64,000 nucleotides of DNA from Spirochaetota bacterium (GTDB lineage Bacteria; Spirochaetota; Spirochaetia; SZUA-6). The stretch's first letter is position 1; every line of letters begins with the position of its first letter. The stretch is from assembly GCA_013151965.1 (NCBI GenBank), contig JAADHF010000132.1, positions 10,412-74,411 on the forward strand, given 5' to 3'. Of this stretch, positions 19,521-29,233 are shown piece after piece. A program made the position numbers and the translations under genes. Under the pieces are notes generated by a model. The model made no database searches. It was not told the DNA's origin and saw only the letters and a program-made list of their open reading frames with translations.

Positions 19521-20339
19521 TCAAGAAGATTGTGGTATATCGCGTGAATGTTTTAAATAATCGTTTATTCTGATTTTATATTCCATCGGAACTCTGGATT
19601 CGTCAAAATATATTGCAATTGCGGCAATATCTTTTCTGCCTTCCACGGATTCGAATCTTACTATTGTACCTTCTATATTCATCGGACTTTTCCTGTCTTC
19701 GAATACAATCTTTAACACGGCTTTTTTACCCATAAGAAATTTAGCGATACCGAAGAGTAAAACCTTGGAGCCGGAAAAAGATATGTCCCGTATAATACAT
19801 TTTCTGGGCACTGATTCTATATAAATATATGCTTCTTTACTGTGCAGGGAGAGTTTTCTGATAGTCTCCGGTGTTATAAGGATACGTACGTCTTTTCTTT
19901 TTTTTGCATTAACATTTGCCTCGAGTAATTTACCTAACATCCCTATCAGGTCATCCGGCGGCCTCTGGGTAAAGCTCAAGGTTATAAAATATATATCGGG
20001 GTTGTCCTTGTTGTACCTGGTAAAGCCTGAGGCTTTTGCACTTACAAAAAATGAAAGCGGGTCGGCTTTGTCGGATATCTTAAAAGAAAATCTTAAATTA
20101 ACCAGGTTGTGAGCTTTCTTTATTATTTCAAAGTGTGTGGATTTTAAACTTGTAATTACTTTTGCGGAACTCATCGAAGAAGAATAAACAATACAGGGCC
20201 ATTGCTGGCCCATGCATTTTAAAAAGACCTGTTTCGTCAGCAGGCCCGTGGCCTCTATGATATGCCTGTTAAAGGTTACTTCTATATCTTTGTACTGCTC
20301 ATAGTACCGTATTATTTCCTGGCTTGTTATAATAGACAT
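19521..20339 (-). CDS. plzA: Soluble PilZN-PilZ c-di-GMP receptor (spirochaete PlzA-like)
   Basis: KRKDVR (RxxxR) and DISFSG (DxSxxG). About 270 aa two-domain layout as in spirochaete PlzA. Confidence 0.75.
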   Translation of the reverse strand: MSIITSQEIIRYYEQYKDIEVTFNRHIIEATGLLTKQVFLKCMGQQWPCIVYSSSMSSAKVITSLKSTHFEIIKKAHNLVNLRFSFKISDKADPLSFFVSAKASGFTRYNKDNPDIYFITLSFTQRPPDDLIGMLGKLLEANVNAKKRKDVRILITPETIRKLSLHSKEAYIYIESVPRKCIIRDISFSGSKVLLFGIAKFLMGKKAVLKIVFEDRKSPMNIEGTIVRFESVEGRKDIAAIAIYFDESRVPMEYKIRINDYLKHSRDIPQSS

Positions 20340-20356
20340 AATTTTGAATTAATGTA

Positions 20357-20385
20357 ACTATAGTGTAAGCTTGCGTATATGTCAA
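20357..20385 (-). promoter_or_regulatory. Sigma70-type promoter of the PlzA-like gene
   Basis: TTGACA-N17-TATAGT on the minus strand. Confidence 0.65.
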
Positions 20386-20421
20386 TAAATACTAATAGAT
20401 TTTAAGGAAAGGATTACATCT

Positions 20422-21510
20422 ATGTATTCTATTTATGGTATCGGAAATCCTCTTATGGATATAATTACTTTCAAAGATTATGCTGTGCTTGAAAATCTTA
20501 AGAAACCTGCGGGTTCGATGAATCTTATTGATGCTGATAAAGCGGCGTCTATCCTGAAAATGATACGGAAAACTAAAGATGAAAACATGAAGCATGAGCG
20601 GGAAGAATTTAAAACAGTACCCGGCGGGAGTTGTGCAAATACAATCAGGGGTCTGGCCTGGATACGGAAGATGAGAGCGATAGGAAAACTGCCCGGGATA
20701 TCCTCATCTGTAACTGCGGATTCGGAGGGACTGGTGTACTCTGGTGCTGTCGGTAATGATGGGATGGGTGAAAAATATATTTCCATGATGAAAAGTTACG
20801 GCATTAAAATGGCAGCAGCAAAGAAGAATTGCACCTCGGGAAGCTCAATTATTATTGTTACTCCTGATCACGAGCGGACTATGTTTACACACTTAGGTGC
20901 ATGCCGTGAGTTTTCTGCGGATGATATAGATTTCGAGTCTCTTGCCGAAAGCAGGTATCTGTATTTTTTAGGTTTTATGTGGGACACCGGTTCACAAAAA
21001 AATGCGATAAAAAAAGCGGTTGATTTTGCCGGAAAAGCCGGAATAAAGGTTTGTTTCGATCTTGCAGGACCTTTTGTTGTTAAACGGTATAAGGATGAGT
21101 TTCGCTCCTGGCTGCCCGGGCGCATAGATATTCTCCTTGGAAACAGGGAAGAATATCAGGTTCTTACTGATATCGGATCGAATGACCGTGAAACTCTGTC
21201 CTCCGCATCTGATATGGCGCGTATTCTTATTCTTAAAAGAGGCAGAAACGGTTGTCTTGTCGGGGAACATAATAGTACGGAGGAAATATTACAGGTTGCT
21301 GAGATTAAGGGGGAGGCTGTAAAAGCGGTAGATACAACAGGGGCAGGTGATGCCTTCGCTGCCGGTCTGCTTTATGGTTTGTCTGCCGGCAGGAGTATTT
21401 TGTCATCCGCCAGGTTTGCAAATATTCTTGCATCGCAGATTGTGACTGTCGCAGGGTGCGATTACGAGGCATTAGAAGAAAAAAAAGCTTTTCAGGAAAT
21501 TGTTTTATGA
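20422..21510 (+). CDS. PfkB-family sugar/nucleoside (adenosine kinase-like) kinase
   Basis: GIGNPLMD, PGGSCANT, GAVGND..G, ERTM.T.LGA, VDTTGAGDAFAAG. Confidence 0.9.
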   Translation: MYSIYGIGNPLMDIITFKDYAVLENLKKPAGSMNLIDADKAASILKMIRKTKDENMKHEREEFKTVPGGSCANTIRGLAWIRKMRAIGKLPGISSSVTADSEGLVYSGAVGNDGMGEKYISMMKSYGIKMAAAKKNCTSGSSIIIVTPDHERTMFTHLGACREFSADDIDFESLAESRYLYFLGFMWDTGSQKNAIKKAVDFAGKAGIKVCFDLAGPFVVKRYKDEFRSWLPGRIDILLGNREEYQVLTDIGSNDRETLSSASDMARILILKRGRNGCLVGEHNSTEEILQVAEIKGEAVKAVDTTGAGDAFAAGLLYGLSAGRSILSSARFANILASQIVTVAGCDYEALEEKKAFQEIVL

Positions 21511-23048
21511 GGGATCGTAATAGTAAAGACCGTATTTCCGGGTTCCGATGTAACACTTATTGCTCCGTCATGTTCTTCGACTATCTTTTTGCATATGGTT
21601 AATCCCAAACCTGTCCCGCTTTTTTTCTTATAGGAAAAAAACGGATCGAACAATTTCTGAATTATCGTTTGAGGTATCTTCGGCCCCGTATTTTCCTGCT
21701 GTATGACCGTTGCATTCCCGGTTTCATAGGCGGTAATTGTTATTTCTCTTTTTCCGTTATAATTCGACAATAGTTCGATTGCATTATTGATAAGATTAAT
21801 GAATACTTTTTTTAGTTTTTGCGGATCGGCACAGAGTTTTCCGTTTGTTTTTATCTTTACATCAAGCTTAATGGAAGCCGCCTGTAATGAGAAGCCGAAA
21901 ATTTTTAAGATACCGGGGAGATAGCTTTTCAGGTCTATATACTGAAGGGACAGATGCTTTTTCCCTCTGGAGAAATCAAGCAGTTCTTCCACCGTATCGG
22001 ATAATCTGCTTAATTCTTCTTTCATTGTATTTGTATATTCCTCTCTCTGTTCTTCGGACAGATCATTACTCAATACGGATGCAAAACCCATTATTGTATT
22101 AATCGGTCCTTTAAGGTCATGAACAATCATACTTGCCATCTGGCCTATAATAAAGAATCGTTCTTTCTCCATAATATCCTTATGAGAGTAAAAACTGTAC
22201 AGAGCGGATGCTCCGACGTACGAAACCGCCCGCAGAAATGAAATGCCGATATTTACAGGTGTACCATGCAGTCTGAAGGTTAAATAGCCGAAATTTTGTT
22301 TCTGAAAATCCAGAGGAAGAAAAATGGTATTCTCTCCGTCATTATTCGGGATAATCTGAGGCTCATTGATTTTAGCATCTCTGTCCAGACGGGCGATTAA
22401 AGCGGAGAATTCATCTATATATTTCCCGTCGCATAGATACAGGTTGGCAAGGGGTGTCCTGTTTATATTAAAAGTTCCATAACATCCCGATACTGCACCT
22501 AATTTATTCTTAATCCTTGTAAAAAGTGTTTTTATAATATCATCCCAATCGGTCAGTTCTTTAAGCTCGAGCTGAATGTCATTTAAGAAATCAAGTTCTA
22601 AAACCTTTTGCTCTAACCTTCTGTTTTTTCTATCCAGTTCCGCCATTAGATTGTTATTTTTCTGTCTTAACGTATACAGTTCAAGTGCATTCTGGACCGT
22701 AGTGATAATGTCTTCATTGTCCCAGGGTTTTGAGATATATCTGTAAACGCAGCCTTTATTAATGGCGTTTATAACAACATCTATATCCGAATATCCTGTA
22801 ACCAAAATCCTTATTGTTTCCGGATACTGCTGCATTACCCTGTTTAAAAGCTGTACTCCGTTTAAATCGGGCATTCGCTGGTCTGCTAAAAGGACATGTA
22901 TGGGTGTCTTCTTTAATACTTCCAGTGCTTCAGTCGCTGTAGTCGACGTGATTACATTGTACGACTTATCCAGAACTCTATGGAAGATAAAGAGGTTCTG
23001 CTCATCATCATCTACATAAAGAATATTATAATTTTGTTTTTCAGGCAT
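21492..23048 (-). CDS. Hybrid receiver-histidine kinase
   Basis: REC domain (VDDD, ADQRMP, SKPW), H-box IVHDLKGP, N-box NLINNA, F-box FDPFFS, G2 GTGLGL. Confidence 0.92.
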   Translation of the reverse strand: MPEKQNYNILYVDDDEQNLFIFHRVLDKSYNVITSTTATEALEVLKKTPIHVLLADQRMPDLNGVQLLNRVMQQYPETIRILVTGYSDIDVVINAINKGCVYRYISKPWDNEDIITTVQNALELYTLRQKNNNLMAELDRKNRRLEQKVLELDFLNDIQLELKELTDWDDIIKTLFTRIKNKLGAVSGCYGTFNINRTPLANLYLCDGKYIDEFSALIARLDRDAKINEPQIIPNNDGENTIFLPLDFQKQNFGYLTFRLHGTPVNIGISFLRAVSYVGASALYSFYSHKDIMEKERFFIIGQMASMIVHDLKGPINTIMGFASVLSNDLSEEQREEYTNTMKEELSRLSDTVEELLDFSRGKKHLSLQYIDLKSYLPGILKIFGFSLQAASIKLDVKIKTNGKLCADPQKLKKVFINLINNAIELLSNYNGKREITITAYETGNATVIQQENTGPKIPQTIIQKLFDPFFSYKKKSGTGLGLTICKKIVEEHDGAISVTSEPGNTVFTITIPHKTIS

Positions 23049-23073
23049 TGGCTTCTACCACACGAGAAAAATA

Positions 23074-23252
23074 AGCCCCGCAGATGCCGTTAGAAGTAGT
23101 TTTCCTTGAACCGTATGGTCAAGGTGGGTTTCCGCATCAGAGCTTCCTGTACTACGTAACAATGCCGCAGTGCATTCCACCCCAATATAAAGAATCCCGT
23201 AAAAACAGTTTGACTCAAGAAAAATGTTCTCCGTCACGAACACTGCAGGGCT
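23074..23252 (-). ncRNA. ssrS: 6S RNA
   Basis: ~180 nt directly after zapA. Ends pair (GCCCTGCAGTGTTCG ... CGGCATCTGCGGGGC). Internal TTGAGTC...GGGA and CCCACCTTGACC-atac-GGTTCAAG elements are typical of 6S. Confidence 0.85.
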
Positions 23253-23529
23253 AATTGTCAAATAAATTTTGATCCAGTTCAAAGATTAACCGCTCTGTAA
23301 TCTGCTGCACTTCATCACCTGAACCGCTTTTCTGCAGCTTTAAGAGGTTATCAGCAATATTTAAAGAAGTTAATATCATTAGTTTAACAGGATCTGCAGT
23401 AGGGTAGTTAGACTTAACCTCTTCTATTTGTGCTCTTAAATACTCAGCGACAGACTCCAGATGCTCTTTATCGTCCTGCGATTGAATTGTGAATCTGTTA
23501 CCAAGTATTTCTATTATAAGCTGATTCAT
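23251..23529 (-). CDS. zapA: Cell division protein ZapA
   Basis: IEILG..FTI...L..VA.YL...I...KL.IL.SLNIAD.L pattern. Precedes the 6S RNA. Confidence 0.85.
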   Translation of the reverse strand: MNQLIIEILGNRFTIQSQDDKEHLESVAEYLRAQIEEVKSNYPTADPVKLMILTSLNIADNLLKLQKSGSGDEVQQITERLIFELDQNLFDN

Positions 23530-23552
23530 TGCTTCAGGTTACTATAATTATT

Positions 23553-23891
23553 CTAAAAGATATCCAGTTCCGAATTCTTTTCGGGCGGAACGGAAGACGG
23601 CTTTGGTTCTGCAGGAGAACCGGTGGTTTCCTCATTTTTGTTGATTCCCTCTGCAGTAAAAACCTCATCTTCGATTTTATCGAGATTCTCCAGAGCTCTT
23701 AAAATGCCCTCTTCTATCTCACTCTGTTCGGATTTAAATGTATCTACAAGGCCTTCGAGCTCATCGATTTTGCTTTGAGCCGAATCGAGTCCCGCCCGGA
23801 GTGTTCTGTTTTCTTCCCTTAATGTTTTTATGAGTTCAATAGCTCTGTTTACCCTGTCTTCCAGGATTTTAATTTGATCGATCCGGATCAT
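23553..23891 (-). CDS. zapB: ZapB-like coiled-coil cell division protein
   Basis: Coiled coil (LEDRVNRAIELIKTLREEN) between rplT and zapA. Ends ELDIF. Confidence 0.7.
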   Translation of the reverse strand: MIRIDQIKILEDRVNRAIELIKTLREENRTLRAGLDSAQSKIDELEGLVDTFKSEQSEIEEGILRALENLDKIEDEVFTAEGINKNEETTGSPAEPKPSSVPPEKNSELDIF

Positions 23892-24247
23892 TTTTCTAAT
23901 GCTTCCCTTGCTTTACTTATGAGTTCTTTAAAGACATCCGGATCTTCTATGGCCATATTGGACAAAGCTTTACGATTAATCTTGATATCAGCTTTCAGAA
24001 GACCATTGATAAACCGTGAATAGGTTATTCCATTTTCTCTGCACATTGCTGATATTCTTGTAATCCATAATCTGCGAAAAGTACGCTTTTTCGCTTTCCT
24101 GTCCCTATAGGCATACACAAGGCCCTTGGCTACAGCTTCTTTTGCCGTTTTAAAAAGCTTACTTCTTGCGCCGCGGTACCCTTTCGCCTGTTTTAGTATT
24201 TTTTTCCTTCTTGCGTTTCTCTTTGTGCCGTCAACTGCTCGTGGCAT
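23888..24247 (-). CDS. rplT: 50S ribosomal protein L20
   Basis: KKILKQAKGYRG, AYRDR..KKR.FR.LWITRI, NRKALS.MA. Confidence 0.98.
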   Translation of the reverse strand: MPRAVDGTKRNARRKKILKQAKGYRGARSKLFKTAKEAVAKGLVYAYRDRKAKKRTFRRLWITRISAMCRENGITYSRFINGLLKADIKINRKALSNMAIEDPDVFKELISKAREALEK

Positions 24248-24264
24248 TTTTATTTCTCCTTCTG

Positions 24265-24462
24265 TTAATCGTATGGCATTAATTTATGTGCACGTTTTTG
24301 TTCGACAGGACTGAGAATTGCAGGATGTCTTAGTCTTCTTTTCCGTTTCCTGCTTTTTTTTGTCAATATATGTCTTAATCCCTGTTTCTTGAACTTTACC
24401 TTGCCGGTACCTGTCATTGTATAGCGTTTTTTTGCGCTTCTTCTTGTTTTAATCTTAGGCAT
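24265..24462 (-). CDS. rpmI: 50S ribosomal protein L35
   Basis: MPKIKT..SAKKR...[18 protein letters not shown]. Confidence 0.97.
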   Translation of the reverse strand: MPKIKTRRSAKKRYTMTGTGKVKFKKQGLRHILTKKSRKRKRRLRHPAILSPVEQKRAHKLMPYD

Positions 24463-24476
24463 TTTTAATTTCCTTT

Positions 24477-24995
24477 CTACTTCCTTGATTTCGGACTTAA
24501 AAACATCGACATAAATCTTCCCTCCATGTGGGGCTTTGTTTCCACTACGAAACCATCTTCGAGAATCTCAAGAACCTTGTTAAGTACCATTTCCCCTCTG
24601 TCGGTATGTGCTAATTCTCTTCCCCGAAATCTGACGGTAACTTTTACCTTATTACCCTCATCCAGAAATTTTTTAATATGGTTAGTCTTAAAGAGCAAGT
24701 CATGATCATCTATCTTAGGCTGCATCCTTATTTCTTTAAGCTTAACCAATTTCTGCTTCTTCTTTGATTCTTTGCTTCTCTTTTCCTGTTCAAACTTATA
24801 CTTCCCATAATCCAGAAGTTTGCATACCGGCGGGTTGGAGTTCGGTGAAACTTCAACAAGATCCAGACCTGCCTCTTTAGCTATTCTTAATGCTTCTGTT
24901 GTAGGAAGTATACCCCTCTGACCTCCTCTTTCGTCAATAAGCCTTACTTCTCTGACGCGGATCATCTCGTTGATCCGTAAACTTTTCCCTTCCAA
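24477..24995 (-). CDS. infC: Translation initiation factor IF-3
   Basis: [38 protein letters not shown]. Start reset to the TTG at 24995, just after GGGAGG. Confidence 0.95.
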   Translation of the reverse strand: MEGKSLRINEMIRVREVRLIDERGGQRGILPTTEALRIAKEAGLDLVEVSPNSNPPVCKLLDYGKYKFEQEKRSKESKKKQKLVKLKEIRMQPKIDDHDLLFKTNHIKKFLDEGNKVKVTVRFRGRELAHTDRGEMVLNKVLEILEDGFVVETKPHMEGRFMSMFLSPKSRK

Positions 24996-25029
24996 CCTGC
25001 CTCCCGAATTTAAATTTACAATTTGGGAT

Positions 25030-25058
25030 AATATATCATTCAAATCAAAAAGAGTCAA
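25030..25058 (-). promoter_or_regulatory. Sigma70-type promoter of the infC operon
   Basis: TTGACT-N17-TATATT with TGn extended -10. Confidence 0.6.
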
Positions 25059-25078
25059 AGGGTAATAGTGTTTGATTT

Positions 25079-28000
25079 TTACACATTTACAGATTTGAAA
25101 CCGGAAATAAACTGTTCCCATCTATTCTGAAGATATTTTTTAAATACATACTCTTCATGGTAATCTTTCGCTATTTCTTCTATGGCATTGGTAAGGTCGT
25201 AAAAGACCTGCTCGAGGTTTTCTGCAATTTCCCGTCCGGTGGTAAGGTCGGGAGGCACTGAATATTTGGGGGCAAAGACGGATTCCTTGAGTTTTGTTAT
25301 GGGATCGCTGGCAATCTGAATTCTTTCCGTTTTTTCCGTTTTACTTTCTTTCCTTAAGAGGTTATTGATGTCGACAATAACCTTATCCGCCGAATATGCC
25401 GGTATCGGATCTTTTTTACCTTTGATCTGGATATTGCCGAGTTTGGTGCATTGAATGTAATTTTTTATTTCTTCATAGGTTGATTGTGTAAGCATAATAT
25501 CACCGGGATTTGCCGAAGTTTCCATTCTCGAGGCAACATTTACAACATCGCCGTAAATATCGGCATCTTTCCTTATAACAAGCCCGGTGTTTAAACCGAT
25601 TCTTGCGTAAAAACGTTCCGTATCAAGTTTAAACTCGTTGTATTCAGCTATTTTTTTCTGAATGGACAGTGATGCAAGTACGGCATTAAGGGGATGTTTA
25701 AACACTGCCAGTAAACCATCGCCCATTTTTTTAATCAAAGTTCCTTTGAAATTTTTTATGACGGGAAGTGTAATTTCTTCAAAATTCTTAATGAGGTCTA
25801 TAATCGACGACATGTCGATCGATGATGATTTTTCCGTATAACCTACTATATCGATAAAGAAAACGGTAAGCAACTGTGAATTTTCACGTTTAAATTTAAA
25901 TTCAAGTTTAGCATGATTTATTATGCTTTCGTTTGTTAATGCCGGCTGCTCTGTCACAGGTGTTTTCTGCCGTACCGTAGGCATTTTATTCGCAGAGTTT
26001 TTAAGATACTGCAGAAGAGCGGTTCTTATCTCTTCTGCATAATTCCCTCCTGCTAGCTGAGCTATGACATCGCGCAATGTTTCCTGTATCACTCTGCCGG
26101 GCGAAAAGATAAGCTGAAGCAGTATCATAAGAATATCATGGGAAATAACGGGCAGTAGATTCTTAATAAGATATGCGGTTATTGTTTCAGGATCCTCATG
26201 AACATGGTCTTTTAGAATTTGAAGTGCATAATCATCTTTAAGTGATAGAAGTGTGATTAATCCTTCTACCTGTACATCCTTTACTTCGTCTTCCATCAGT
26301 ATATAGAGCCTGTTTGTCAGAATGTCCACCGGTATTTCCGTATGCCTTATTGTAAGACTGCGAAGTGCTCTTATTGCTGCAATTCTTACTTCTTTTTTTC
26401 CTTTTGTCGTCAAATCCAGAAGAGGCTGAAATACCGTTTGATCACCCTGATTTCCTGCTATATCTGCTATTTTAAATCTTTGCTCATCCGTTATATGACC
26501 GGCTTCCAGGATTTTAATCAGATTTAAAACAGGACCTTTTATGCCTTTTAAATCCATAGATGAAATTGCATCTATAATAAGTTCGACCGTACCTTTGTTA
26601 ACCCCTGGTACAATCAGCAGATGAAGAAGGGGAGATATCAAGTATTTCGGAGGTATAAATCTGCTTCCCCGTATATACCCGTTAAGCTGATAATTATTCT
26701 TAAACGGAGAGGATAAAAACGCCCTTGCTTTCTCTATTATTGTTCTTGATAGGAGTTGAGAGAGTGTTACTATAGATGTTTCTTCTAAAAAACCGATTCT
26801 TTCTTCTCCTGCAAAATTAAAAATATCCAGTATTTTTTTTATGGAAGTTCTTATTTTGATATGTCCTGCAATACGGATAAGTCTGTTTAAACGGCGGATT
26901 AAATAAGGCCTTTTCGTATTAATGCTGGAAAGTATATTGAGCAGGGTAAGAACATCTTTTCTGGAGTCCATTGTGAAGAGCGGCATGCAGGCTTCGAATT
27001 TGTTTTTGTCCTCTTCCGGTGCATTTTTAAGGCTGTCTCTGATCGATGAAATGAGTGATGCCGGGTTGGGAAAGGGATCGGATTTAAAGTAGTTCTGAAC
27101 CTTCTGGATAAGTTCTCCGTCTGCATAACGTTCAAGAAGGTTAGCAAATAAGACCTTTAAAAGTCTATCCCTCTCTCGTATTCCCTTCAGTGAGATATAA
27201 TTTTTTCTGATCCTGGCATAGATCGTTTCCAGATGAGCCTGGGTCATAACGGTAAGTTCATTAAGGAGGTGGGGAGAGCTTTTATTGATCTGTTCGATTA
27301 TACGTATCAGAAGGTCTCCGGTTATTGCTTCAGTTTCGTTATCGATATACGGTGCTATAAGCAGAAGCCTGAACAGCCTTACCGGATGTATAAATTTGCC
27401 CTGTAAATCGGATAATGAAACAAGAAAAGAGATAAACACCCGGTTATCAGAGTGTTGAAATTGTTCGATAATGAAGGTCTGCTGGGGATTTTTGGTTTTC
27501 AATTGAAAGGCTGCAAGGTATGTGCCGAGTGTATAGGGTGAAAAGCTCTTTATCCTGTCCTTGAAAAAATTTATGAAGTCTTCCGCATCCTGATTGTTTA
27601 AAGTGAGAATACGCTGAAAAGTCGCCTTCTGGATATTAGGAGAAAAGCTTTCCAGTATCCCTTTAAGAAAATTTAGATTCCCCGATTCCATCAGTCCGAG
27701 TACGGCGCAGGTTTTAATATCATCATCCGCAGTCGGGTTAAGAAGTATCGACTTGTTTAATTCCTGTACCTTCTCGTTTGCGGCTGCAATCGTATTAATT
27801 GCGCTGAGTATTTCATTACGAATATGCTTATCGTCGAATAGGTTAAAGTATTTTATGAGCATATTAACGGAAGAAGGGGCACGGATCCCCGACAAGGTAT
27901 TAATTGCCGCTATTTTCTGTTCTATTTTTCCTTTTTCTATTATCTGGTAAAGGTGCGATACTGCGGCTTCGTTGCCGATAGACGCGGAAGCTTTAATGGC

Positions 28001-28141
28001 GGCAAGGCTTATATCGATATCCTCATCGTAAAAATCTTTTATAAGTATAGAAAAAATTTCTTCATCGTAAAAGTGCTTTAAGAGGGTCAGAATTGTTATT
28101 TTGCTATCTTTATGTAGTAAATATTTTTTACTTTTTACCAT
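25079..28141 (-). CDS. HEAT/ARM-like repeat protein with C-terminal class III adenylate cyclase domain
   Basis: N-terminal HEAT-like repeats ([28 protein letters not shown]). Cyclase motifs [41 protein letters not shown]. Confidence 0.85.
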   Translation of the reverse strand: MVKSKKYLLHKDSKITILTLLKHFYDEEIFSILIKDFYDEDIDISLAAIKASASIGNEAAVSHLYQIIEKGKIEQKIAAINTLSGIRAPSSVNMLIKYFNLFDDKHIRNEILSAINTIAAANEKVQELNKSILLNPTADDDIKTCAVLGLMESGNLNFLKGILESFSPNIQKATFQRILTLNNQDAEDFINFFKDRIKSFSPYTLGTYLAAFQLKTKNPQQTFIIEQFQHSDNRVFISFLVSLSDLQGKFIHPVRLFRLLLIAPYIDNETEAITGDLLIRIIEQINKSSPHLLNELTVMTQAHLETIYARIRKNYISLKGIRERDRLLKVLFANLLERYADGELIQKVQNYFKSDPFPNPASLISSIRDSLKNAPEEDKNKFEACMPLFTMDSRKDVLTLLNILSSINTKRPYLIRRLNRLIRIAGHIKIRTSIKKILDIFNFAGEERIGFLEETSIVTLSQLLSRTIIEKARAFLSSPFKNNYQLNGYIRGSRFIPPKYLISPLLHLLIVPGVNKGTVELIIDAISSMDLKGIKGPVLNLIKILEAGHITDEQRFKIADIAGNQGDQTVFQPLLDLTTKGKKEVRIAAIRALRSLTIRHTEIPVDILTNRLYILMEDEVKDVQVEGLITLLSLKDDYALQILKDHVHEDPETITAYLIKNLLPVISHDILMILLQLIFSPGRVIQETLRDVIAQLAGGNYAEEIRTALLQYLKNSANKMPTVRQKTPVTEQPALTNESIINHAKLEFKFKRENSQLLTVFFIDIVGYTEKSSSIDMSSIIDLIKNFEEITLPVIKNFKGTLIKKMGDGLLAVFKHPLNAVLASLSIQKKIAEYNEFKLDTERFYARIGLNTGLVIRKDADIYGDVVNVASRMETSANPGDIMLTQSTYEEIKNYIQCTKLGNIQIKGKKDPIPAYSADKVIVDINNLLRKESKTEKTERIQIASDPITKLKESVFAPKYSVPPDLTTGREIAENLEQVFYDLTNAIEEIAKDYHEEYVFKKYLQNRWEQFISGFKSVNV

Positions 28142-28295
28142 ATTTTATCTCACATTGATAATCTTAAGATTTATTTGTATTACAATATTACTAAATTGTC
28201 AATATGCCCTGCGTGTAATTAACCACAGGTTCAGGCACAGCGGTACGCCCCGGCCCGTTTACCTGTAAGTTAAGCGAGGTATGATAATTTACTGT

Positions 28296-28502
28296 TTATT
28301 TCATTATAATAGCTTTAAAAGGGCAGGCTATGGCGCATTTGCCGCAGCCGATACAAAAATCCTGCAGAGAGTAGGGCATCTCCCACGGGGCATCCTGTAT
28401 TAAAGTTTTATGAGAACATTCGGCTACTGCAGGACATGTTCCCGTATCACATCTTTCGGAACGGCATTTGCTGTAATCTACCATAGCTTTTGGTTTAGGC
28501 AT
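28296..28502 (-). CDS. Small 4Fe-4S ferredoxin
   Basis: CIGCGKCAIACP plus an atypical first Cys group (C-x4-C-x4-C-x5-C). Confidence 0.85.
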   Translation of the reverse strand: MPKPKAMVDYSKCRSERCDTGTCPAVAECSHKTLIQDAPWEMPYSLQDFCIGCGKCAIACPFKAIIMK

Positions 28503-28510
28503 TTTACAGG

Positions 28511-29206
28511 TTATTCCTTGAGGTAAAGTGTAATAGCCGACTTTACAGCAGCTGTTGTTATATGTGCTGCTCTGTGGAGGATGGAATCACCGAATTTTCT
28601 ATCCATTTTCCCTGAAGCGAGACAGGGATAATACTGATGAAAAAGTGCGGCTTTCTCTTTTGCCTCTTCACTTCCTAAACCAATAAGCTTTTCCGCAACG
28701 AAGCAGGTAACCCCGCAGGGTGCCTCCCTTTCCATGGTGAAATTATTAATTCTGCCCTGATCCAGGATAACTGTAAGTTTTGGTTTTCCGAAATATCCGG
28801 CGAATTCTTTTATGTATTTATTATTACTTGCCCCTTCCGTCAGTGAACAAAAGGGAAGGGGAAAAGCAGAATCTATTCCCGATTGTTTTAAGTCCTGCTT
28901 TATTTGATTCACTAAACCGGGAGGAAGATTGTCCCGGTTGTCTATGGGTGCAATAACTGCTTTAGCCGAACTCATTCTTGCTATTTCAGGGATAAGCTCG
29001 GCCGCTCCCGTATTCCCGCCCAGAGAAAGAAGAAGATCCGCACGAGGCAGTTCTTCGGGCAGGAACTCTTTCGGGTTCTCAATAATGAAGGGAAGTTTAA
29101 GAGGAATAGTCCAATCCTCGATTTCCCAGCTTTCAGGGTTATTTAAACGAAGATTATGAATTATCCTCTGTCCGTATGTTCCCTGAATTACAGCCAATAT
29201 GTGCAT
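28511..29206 (-). CDS. DUF166 family protein
   Basis: QGTYGQRI, P.PFCSL, FGKP, REAPCG.T.FVA and HQYYPCLAS motifs of DUF166. Confidence 0.75.
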   Translation of the reverse strand: MHILAVIQGTYGQRIIHNLRLNNPESWEIEDWTIPLKLPFIIENPKEFLPEELPRADLLLSLGGNTGAAELIPEIARMSSAKAVIAPIDNRDNLPPGLVNQIKQDLKQSGIDSAFPLPFCSLTEGASNNKYIKEFAGYFGKPKLTVILDQGRINNFTMEREAPCGVTCFVAEKLIGLGSEEAKEKAALFHQYYPCLASGKMDRKFGDSILHRAAHITTAAVKSAITLYLKE

Positions 29207-29233
29207 AAATAATTTCCGCCCGGATAAAAACCG

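Noticed and set aside
23055..23282. 75-aa ORF between zapA and the kinase
   Set aside because: Coincides with the 6S RNA and has no protein features.
24996..25121. 42-aa N-terminal extension of IF-3
   Set aside because: It overlaps the cyclase gene and the infC promoter. TTG at 24995 with GGGAGG fits normal IF-3 length.
28205..28295. Attachment site or direct repeat bounding the acs block
   Set aside because: No matching repeat found by eye near 43000-43700, and no tRNA or integrase. Horizontal origin remains an inference.
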